IMG/VR virus record: IMGVR_UViG_3300033073_001332
Span: 32,001-96,000 of that record
From: a virus
Lineage: Duplodnaviria; Caudoviricetes
DNA: 64,000 nt
Reading direction: 5' to 3' (one strand)
The notes beneath the pieces are model-generated. The model searched no databases. It saw only the letters and a list, made by a program, of their open reading frames with translations, and had not been told where the DNA came from. Made by a program: the position numbers and the translations under genes. Positions 57,118 to 64,000 of the stretch are shown here, in pieces. The stretch's first letter is position 1. Every line of letters begins with the position of its first letter.

Positions 57118-57929
57118 ACTGTTTTCCCTCCGTCGATTACCACATTTGAACCTGTCATATATGAACTTGCGTCTGAACACATAAAAACAATTGCTCCTTT
57201 ATATTCATCAATATGAGCCATTCTACCCATTGGTATAATATTAGATAACTTGGTAACAAAATCAACAGGATGGTCATTATAAACTCCCGTTGGACTTAAA
57301 CAATTTACTCTAATATTATTTTTAGCAAAATATGTAGAAAGATATTTTGTCATACCGATAACCGCCCATTTAGCTGCAGAATATGTAATTGGTTTTACAT
57401 TTTGTTCATCTTCGGATTTTGTTTCATCTCGATATATTCTTTGGTCGGGAGCAATTACACCTAAATCTGATGATATATTTAATACAACACCACCACCCGT
57501 TTGCAACATCTTATTACAGATTATTTGTGATGTAAGAAAAGTACCATTAATAATTGCATCAATACCCTCTTTAAAATAAGATTCAGTCATTACCTCAAAT
57601 CTAGTTTCAGGTGTTAAACTTTTATCATCTTTTGTTACTTTTGGGTCTTTAGCCGCGTTGTTTATTAAAATATCAATCCTATCATATTTTTCTGAGACCT
57701 GTAAGATTGTTTCTTTTTTTGTGACATCCATATATTCCCAAAAAACATTCTCTTCACCATAGATTGATGAAAGTTTTTGATGTTTTTCGGATAACGATTT
57801 TGTATCAACATCTGTAAGAATAACTTTAGCACCGTACTCTAAAAGTGCTTCGGCATGTTTAGGACCTAATAATCCACCCGCACCTGTCACTAAAGCTACC
57901 TTACCATCTAAATCAAATAAATTTCTCAT
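57111..57929 (-). CDS. SDR oxidoreductase (PtmA-like)
   Basis: TGAGGLLG, NNAA, YSAAK, IRVNCLSP.G, DGG. Confidence 0.88.
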   Translation of the reverse strand: MRNLFDLDGKVALVTGAGGLLGPKHAEALLEYGAKVILTDVDTKSLSEKHQKLSSIYGEENVFWEYMDVTKKETILQVSEKYDRIDILINNAAKDPKVTKDDKSLTPETRFEVMTESYFKEGIDAIINGTFLTSQIICNKMLQTGGGVVLNISSDLGVIAPDQRIYRDETKSEDEQNVKPITYSAAKWAVIGMTKYLSTYFAKNNIRVNCLSPTGVYNDHPVDFVTKLSNIIPMGRMAHIDEYKGAIVFMCSDASSYMTGSNVVIDGGKTVW

Positions 57930-58696
57930 AATAGTTCTTTGATTTTATTGTATGTGTTTTTTATGTAGTTTATCTCATCACCATCAACATCCCTTGCTAA
58001 TTGTAAGATGATGTTATCATGGTAGTTATTTTTTTTTAATGTATCAATTATTGTTTTGAAATCGGTTTGACCTAACCCAAAATGTTTTGTTTGTCCATCA
58101 TAAGTTCTATCTTTAAAGTGGACATTTTTAATTTTATAACCAAAAAAGTTTATTAATTCTTCATGGTTTATTTTTTCTTTATATGTTGATGTAAAATTAC
58201 CAGTGTCGTAGGTGATATAAAAATTATCTCTTTTACTAACCACATCCATAACAATTTCCTTATCACATTCAAACTCAAAACAAAAATTTATATTAGGGTA
58301 GTTTTCAGAAATAGGGACAAAGTTTTTTAAAAATTCATGTCTGATGTATTCATTTTCAACTGAACTATCTTCGAGTAATGGGATAACTATTTTATTTAAA
58401 CCTAACTCCATCATTCGATTCAAAACAGGTACTAAATTTTCATTCATAAACTCTAGTTTATAAAATGAATTACAAACCATAGTATCAACACAAACGGAAA
58501 GAATGTTTGATGGTAGGGATTGCTCAACAAAAAAGGGATTAGTTAAATTATCTTTTGGCGTAATTAACCATTCTATACCTGATAGGTTTATTTGATTAAG
58601 ATTTTGAAATTCATATTCCCAATCATTTGTTGGGAATTCTTGCATTTTTCCATTTACAGGTTTACTTAATCTACCTTGTAATATTCCAAAAATCAT
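57926..58696 (-). CDS. TIM-barrel sugar-phosphate isomerase/epimerase
   Basis: GILQGRLS, YDTGN, VHFKDR, GQTDF. Confidence 0.8.
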   Translation of the reverse strand: MIFGILQGRLSKPVNGKMQEFPTNDWEYEFQNLNQINLSGIEWLITPKDNLTNPFFVEQSLPSNILSVCVDTMVCNSFYKLEFMNENLVPVLNRMMELGLNKIVIPLLEDSSVENEYIRHEFLKNFVPISENYPNINFCFEFECDKEIVMDVVSKRDNFYITYDTGNFTSTYKEKINHEELINFFGYKIKNVHFKDRTYDGQTKHFGLGQTDFKTIIDTLKKNNYHDNIILQLARDVDGDEINYIKNTYNKIKELL

Positions 58697-59661
58697 TTCT
58701 TACCGAAATTATAAGGTGTTGGTGCGGTTGGGGAAAGTTGGAACTCGTTATTAAAATCTTTAATCTGTTTTTCAATATCTAATCCCACATTTTCACTCCA
58801 TTTGTTTAGTAATTTTCTTGTAATATCACCCATACCTGAAGTTATCTCAATATAGTTAATTGATGTCATGGGTAGTATACAGAATGGGGTGGCAGTCATA
58901 AAACATTCATCGGAGGTGTATGCGTCATAAGGGGTTAAATCAGATTCAATACATTCAATACCTAATTCATTACATAGGTCAAAAATATAATCTCGACTAA
59001 TACCACGTAATATATTGTGTCCTTTTGGTGTTAAAACTTTTCCGTCTTTAACAAAGAATATATTATCACCACTACCTTCAGCAATGAAACCATTTTCATC
59101 TAATAATACCGCCCAATTGTTTTCACCTTTATAAAAAGATGCTTCAATATTTGCCATTTGGTAATGTAGTCGACTTCTATTTTTAATTCTCGGGTCTAAA
59201 AGGTTGTTACTGATTGCTTTTTGTTGTGTGATAACCCCATTTACTCCACCATCAAATAATTTACCCATACCATTTACGGTCCACTTTAAAGGGAAGTCGG
59301 CAATAATAACGGTAGGTTGGGGGTTTTCAAAAAGGTGTGAGTATAAACCTAAAGGGCCTCGACTCACATTAATCATCAATCGATGCTCATCTGTAGGTAG
59401 AAAATTAGGTTCGTTTATTTCAACTACTTGATTACAAAATTCAATCATTTGTTCTTTTGAATATTGTATAGGTATTCTTAGTATTTTCAAACCATTAAAT
59501 AACCTATCGATATGTTCTTCTAATTTAAATTGTTTTTTATTAAATGACCTAGTCATTTCAAAAACCATATCTCCAAACATCAAAGCTGAATCGTAAATTG
59601 AAATTTTAGCATCCATTTCATCTACAAACTCACCATTATAAAAAACTTTTCTATTACTCAT
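58693..59661 (-). CDS. Class IV PLP aminotransferase (BCAT/D-amino-acid type)
   Basis: FGDMVFE, H.DRL, RIKNRSRL, AEGSGDNIF, LRGISR. Confidence 0.9.
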   Translation of the reverse strand: MSNRKVFYNGEFVDEMDAKISIYDSALMFGDMVFEMTRSFNKKQFKLEEHIDRLFNGLKILRIPIQYSKEQMIEFCNQVVEINEPNFLPTDEHRLMINVSRGPLGLYSHLFENPQPTVIIADFPLKWTVNGMGKLFDGGVNGVITQQKAISNNLLDPRIKNRSRLHYQMANIEASFYKGENNWAVLLDENGFIAEGSGDNIFFVKDGKVLTPKGHNILRGISRDYIFDLCNELGIECIESDLTPYDAYTSDECFMTATPFCILPMTSINYIEITSGMGDITRKLLNKWSENVGLDIEKQIKDFNNEFQLSPTAPTPYNFGKK

Positions 59662-60329
59662 TTTAATTTATTTTTAAAAATCAGTTCGCAAAGTTCTAAA
59701 TCCTCTAAACTATCAATCTCGAACATTTTCCAACCGTCCATTAATGATAAACCAATTTTACCAAATAATCTATTATTATTTTCAATAAACCCTTCTTTTT
59801 TGAAGACATATATTGAACCATTTTCGACATATTGTATTTCAGAATCCTGTCTCCTTTTTCTATTTTTATAATCATAATTGACACTCTCAAGGGAATCATT
59901 ATTAGATTTCCAAATTAACATATCCTCTAATATGCTGGCAGAAAAAACACTATCTAAATTATTGTTTATTAGTGACTCTATGCTGTTGTCTATATCTTTA
60001 GTTGTTCTTAATGGTGAAGTTGCTTGTAAAAAAACAATATAATCGTAATCTTTGTTTAATGTTTTAATCGTATGGATTAAAGCACTTTCACTTGACGATG
60101 TGTCGGTTGATAATTCTTCAGGTCTTTTTAATGTGGTTGCCCCATATAATTTAGATACTTCTAATATTTCATCAGAATCACTACTAACCACAACATCGGT
60201 AATGTATTTTGAATTTAATGCTTGATTAATTGAGTGACTAATTAATGGTTTACCCGCAAACTCAATTATATTTTTTTTAGGTATTCCTTTACTACCTCCT
60301 CTTGCGGGGATTATACATAGAATTTTCAT
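59658..60329 (-). CDS. neuA: CMP-nonulosonate synthetase (acylneuraminate cytidylyltransferase)
   Basis: IIPARGGSKGIPKKN, LQATSPLR, ENGSIY, EIDSLED. Confidence 0.93.
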   Translation of the reverse strand: MKILCIIPARGGSKGIPKKNIIEFAGKPLISHSINQALNSKYITDVVVSSDSDEILEVSKLYGATTLKRPEELSTDTSSSESALIHTIKTLNKDYDYIVFLQATSPLRTTKDIDNSIESLINNNLDSVFSASILEDMLIWKSNNDSLESVNYDYKNRKRRQDSEIQYVENGSIYVFKKEGFIENNNRLFGKIGLSLMDGWKMFEIDSLEDLELCELIFKNKLK

Positions 60330-61054
60330 AAACTTTCAGTTTTTAACACTTTCGTTAAATGTGAAGATTGATTTAGGTTGATTATTTCTACTCCTATTTT
60401 TTTAGCACTTTCATTAATTATATTAAAGTCATTTAAAATATTATTTAAAAATGGGTCAAATTCCGTAACTAAAGTAGGTTGTCTATAAGAACCAAAATAA
60501 CCTTTTTTATAATCTAAATCTACCCCTGTAATATATATTTTTTTACAACCCAATAAAATAGACAAAGCAACCATATGTACAGCAACAGTATCCCCTGCAC
60601 TATATTTTTCGTTATGACCTGTAAATTTTTGTAATTCTTCTTGTATTGTTAATCTATCACTTATGAAGTTATCACACGTGTTTGGACAATTATTACATTT
60701 TTTGTTATTGAAATGTCTTTGGTCATATCCGATATAATTAAAATTTTTCATCCATTCCTCAATCCACCATCTTGGGGTTACATCGACAGAGTCTGAATGG
60801 ACAATCGTAGTGTTAGGAAATTTTTTGAACCTATTAAACATGAAATGTGCTGTCTGATGAGAGTTGGCAAAAACCCAATAGTCGGGTTGTAAATCAGTTA
60901 ATAAGTCAATATCATTACAAGAGACTAAAACTATGTCGTCTCTTTTTGTTTTTATGTAATCGATATTTTCAGAAAACGAAGGACCAAGACCACACACAAA
61001 TGCAATCTTATCTGAATGTTTATTTTTTACTTGGTCAAAATTATATTGTATCAT
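60326..61054 (-). CDS. Maf/Cst-like (DUF115) nonulosonate transferase candidate
   Basis: GLGPS, SCND, PDYWV, LGCKKIYITGVD. Confidence 0.7.
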   Translation of the reverse strand: MIQYNFDQVKNKHSDKIAFVCGLGPSFSENIDYIKTKRDDIVLVSCNDIDLLTDLQPDYWVFANSHQTAHFMFNRFKKFPNTTIVHSDSVDVTPRWWIEEWMKNFNYIGYDQRHFNNKKCNNCPNTCDNFISDRLTIQEELQKFTGHNEKYSAGDTVAVHMVALSILLGCKKIYITGVDLDYKKGYFGSYRQPTLVTEFDPFLNNILNDFNIINESAKKIGVEIINLNQSSHLTKVLKTESL

Positions 61055-62024
61055 TATTCAATAATTTTTTTATATCGTATATCCAGTTATTTAGATTTGT
61101 TATTTCATAGTCTTCTACAATATTATTTTCATATAATTTTTCATATACTTTTAATAAATCGTCTTCTATTGATTTATTTTCTAACTTAATTTTTTCTAGT
61201 ATATCTATAAGTTTTGGAACATTTTTATACATTGATATTTCATCAATAAAGTCCACATAAAAATCATGGTAGTTTCTAACTTGATACGTATTTGGTCCAT
61301 GAAACCCAACATGGTAGTTATAATCCCACATAATTCTTTGTGTTACATATCCTTTTAATATATCAGAAAATCTAAAATCAACTGATATTGGGACATACAA
61401 TAAAATAAAAAATAGATTATTCCACAAGGTACTTTGTGTGTTAAAAGGGGCGTAACAATTTTTTTCTAACGATATATCTTCAGATTGATTAAATTTAATA
61501 TGTTTATTAATTGTTAATCTATATATTGCGTCAAAATCGGAGTCATCATTAATAACCCCTTGCCATACACCTATGTTTGTATTTTTTTTATCTTTGGTGT
61601 ATTTGGGTTCATTGTTAATATGTCGTATGTCCATCCCTCTCGGCCAACACTTTTCATCGGTAAAAAAAGTATAAGGATTAACTATTTTTGGTGATGTTAT
61701 TATATTTTCACAATTAAAATTCTTAATACCCCAATTGTCGTAAGGTATTGTATCATCGTCGGTGTCATAAATTAATGATGCACCTTTATTAATTGCGTAT
61801 AAATACCCTATGTTTTTTCTGGAGTAATGGTTATAGGGTGTCGTGTCTGTAATTTTATAACCTAAACTTTTTTGTTGTTCAACATCTAAAAAAGTAACAT
61901 TTGTATGGTTGTATTTTTTACTCTTTAAATCACCAACAACAATGACGTGCCAATCTTTTTTTTCTGAAAATTTAATTACAGATTCTGTTAAATCATTAAT
62001 TGATGTTATTACTACATAATTCAT
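61041..62024 (-). CDS. STELLO/DUF288-like glycosyltransferase
   Basis: VVVGDLKS, YSRKNIGYLYAI, YDTDDD, WPRG, DFDAIYRL, PFNTQST, RFSDI. Confidence 0.82.
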   Translation of the reverse strand: MNYVVITSINDLTESVIKFSEKKDWHVIVVGDLKSKKYNHTNVTFLDVEQQKSLGYKITDTTPYNHYSRKNIGYLYAINKGASLIYDTDDDTIPYDNWGIKNFNCENIITSPKIVNPYTFFTDEKCWPRGMDIRHINNEPKYTKDKKNTNIGVWQGVINDDSDFDAIYRLTINKHIKFNQSEDISLEKNCYAPFNTQSTLWNNLFFILLYVPISVDFRFSDILKGYVTQRIMWDYNYHVGFHGPNTYQVRNYHDFYVDFIDEISMYKNVPKLIDILEKIKLENKSIEDDLLKVYEKLYENNIVEDYEITNLNNWIYDIKKLLNNDTI

Positions 62025-62859
62025 TGTATATCTCGTCCGTATTAGGTATGTGATTTATGAAATTAAATTTTACTCGTGAAAAATTAATACAATTATTATA
62101 AAAAGAAGGGTCTCCACCATGTTGTTTCATAAGACCCGTGTTATCGATAATTGTCATGTTTATGTTTTCATGACCAAATATCAAACATGGGTAAACCCCA
62201 CCGGTCATTGTGCTCATAACTTTTTTACAATTTTCATTCTTAACAATAGTACACCAATCCCTATAATTTTTAATAAAAGTTATATTATGGTTGTCACACC
62301 ATTTTTCAGTTTCTTTACCAAAAACAAATGTTTTAACATTGTTCGTTTTTAATTTTTCAATAAGGTTATCCCAAAACTCATCGCTCATATTTTTTTCAGA
62401 CCAAGCTGCTCTTTTTCTTATTACAAGACATATAAAAGGAGAACTTAAATCATATTCCTCTAAATCACTCCAATCTACGTTGGTAATAATGTGTTTGTCT
62501 CTCTCCCAATTTTGATAAAATGTTGAGTATGGGATTAATCTTTGGTCCAAAGGGCCTGAAGACATTTGTAAAAAAATACCTCTTTCTAATAAATCTATAG
62601 TTTCGTTATTTGAGAGTTCCATCGATTGATATTCTTGGTAACTTATCACGTTGTCAAATATTTTAGTATAAAGACACTTTCGTTCTTCTATGGTTACAAC
62701 ACAATCTGTCTTATCTATTTTACCCTCTTGTAAAAGCATAATTAAATATAGTCTAGTAATAACTAATTCTGTTGCAATCTCTGTGATACTCAACGGGTCT
62801 TTACCATCACTCACGGAATCTCCTTTGTATTTATCTTTTGCAACTATTATGTATTTCAT
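61996..62859 (-). CDS. Hypothetical protein (possibly GT-B fold)
   Basis: 287-aa ORF in the glycan operon; CLVIRKR...KNMS...W pattern. Confidence 0.55.
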   Translation of the reverse strand: MKYIIVAKDKYKGDSVSDGKDPLSITEIATELVITRLYLIMLLQEGKIDKTDCVVTIEERKCLYTKIFDNVISYQEYQSMELSNNETIDLLERGIFLQMSSGPLDQRLIPYSTFYQNWERDKHIITNVDWSDLEEYDLSSPFICLVIRKRAAWSEKNMSDEFWDNLIEKLKTNNVKTFVFGKETEKWCDNHNITFIKNYRDWCTIVKNENCKKVMSTMTGGVYPCLIFGHENINMTIIDNTGLMKQHGGDPSFYNNCINFSRVKFNFINHIPNTDEIYNELCSNNIN

Positions 62860-64000
62860 TTTTTTCTAAAAATTTTATTTTTAATGACTAAAAAGTCTAA
62901 CTCAGTGTTATCCAAAACATAAAATGCGTCCTCATATCTTGTTAGGATTGGTAACCCTTTAATGTTAAATGAAGTATTCAATATGATTGGGATATGGTTT
63001 AATTCCTCAAGTTTATCTAAAATATCATTAAATAACTTATGAGTTTTATTAGTTGTTGTTTGTAATCTTGTTGTTTTGTCCTCATGCACTATTGATTTTA
63101 CTTTATCGATATATTCGTCTTTAATCATCGGCGCGTAACTCATGTAATTAGATACTTTAGGGTTTTCAAAATACTTTTCCATATCTTGAACTCGACAAAC
63201 AGGTGCGAACGGTCTAAACCATTCCCTAAATTTTACTTTAGCGTTTAATATGTCTTTCATATTAGGAAACGATGGGTCACAAATAATACTTCTATTACCT
63301 AACGCTCTTGGGCCAACTTCAGAATAACCATCAATCAACCCCATTATTTTACCATCTTTTAAATAACCTACAATTTTTTCAATAGTTAAATCCTCGTTAG
63401 GGTAATCATTTAAAAATTTATCATATAACTCTTCATCTAATATTTCAATACCGCTATAACAAATTTCTTGTTTACCTAAATTTGGAAACTTAGTTAAAAA
63501 CATACCATATGATTCTCCACAATCATTTGGGTTTGACGGAACATGTAAATCTAAATTAATGGTTTTTAGATATTCTTGTAATTTTTGATTGTAGAGTACG
63601 TTTAGAGCACAACCACCAACCAATACAACATTAGTTTTATGTTCCTCAACAAAAGGTAATATTAATTCATCCATTTTTTTTTCAAAAACATATTGTGATG
63701 TTGCTGCGGCGTCATACGAGTCTTGACCACTAAGTATATCTTTATCACACGGGATACCAATTGATGAACATAATGACTCTAAACTTTTGTCGTTATAATA
63801 TTGTTCAAAATATTGAACCCATTCCTGTCTAACTTTACCGTACGCACATAAGCCCATAACTTTACCCGCATTGGTTAAAGAGTGTTTTGTTTTGTGTACA
63901 GAACTAATTTCTGAAATTAGCCAACCTATTGCGGAATAAGGATTACCAAAGTCATAATTATGACAATTTAATTGCATAATATCATCACCGTTACCTAAAT
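62856..64000 (-). CDS. NodU/CmcH-family O-carbamoyltransferase, N-terminus outside the window
   Basis: GKVMGL, GGCALNV, EVGPRALGNRSI, KFREWFRPFAP, LNTSFN; frame is open past 63977 to the window edge. Confidence 0.92.
   Translation of the reverse strand, partial: LGNGDDIMQLNCHNYDFGNPYSAIGWLISEISSVHKTKHSLTNAGKVMGLCAYGKVRQEWVQYFEQYYNDKSLESLCSSIGIPCDKDILSGQDSYDAAATSQYVFEKKMDELILPFVEEHKTNVVLVGGCALNVLYNQKLQEYLKTINLDLHVPSNPNDCGESYGMFLTKFPNLGKQEICYSGIEILDEELYDKFLNDYPNEDLTIEKIVGYLKDGKIMGLIDGYSEVGPRALGNRSIICDPSFPNMKDILNAKVKFREWFRPFAPVCRVQDMEKYFENPKVSNYMSYAPMIKDEYIDKVKSIVHEDKTTRLQTTTNKTHKLFNDILDKLEELNHIPIILNTSFNIKGLPILTRYEDAFYVLDNTELDFLVIKNKIFRKK

Noticed and set aside
1-64000. Stop-codon recoding as in some large Bacteroidota phages
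   Set aside because: Core genes are full length in the standard code, and TAG and TGA terminate genes at sensible positions (e.g. 18624, 34236)
47647-64000. Bacterial O-antigen/capsule locus from a chimeric assembly
   Set aside because: Genes are contiguous and coupled with phage genes (gp55-like, phoH), share the same AT-rich style, and no wzx/wzy/ABC export genes are visible; read-mapping would confirm

Overview
AT-rich segment of a large T4-like (myovirus-type) phage, read in the standard genetic code. The host is very likely a Bacteroidota/Flavobacteriia member: TTTG-N19-TAnnTTTG promoters, A-rich starts without Shine-Dalgarno sequences, and a Bacteroidota-type bS21. From left to right: (1) the last 6.2 kb of a giant, proline-free Gly-X-Y (GTS/GTN/GSS) repeat protein, followed by a 1527-aa five-domain glycosyltransferase containing a TibC/Aah-type protein O-heptosyltransferase domain, two more GT-like genes and three LamG lectin-fold paralogues; (2) tmRNA with an atypical 21-aa tag, an M28-like peptidase, an N-domain-less ClpC and a UVR-domain protein; (3) the head module (terminase, portal, bS21 on the opposite strand, prohead protease, scaffold, major capsid); (4) minus-strand virion genes, including a gp5-like spike, and a gp55-like late sigma factor; (5) a >16 kb minus-strand glycan operon (GT2/GT4, PhoH, Gmd-ColD-Fcl/ColC, NeuB/NeuA/Maf-like, GmhA, SDR, epimerase, class IV aminotransferase, STELLO-like GT, carbamoyltransferase). 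Best candidate for a new system (inference): phage-encoded virion protein O-glycosylation. It would comprise a heptosyltransferase-type writer, its own sugar supply and a putative [ST]-G-x-[ST] sequon that is arrayed in the giant repeat protein and enriched in other virion proteins. A TATTTAT(A/T) motif precedes 15 putative late genes. Family assignments come from motif recognition by eye; no database searches were run.
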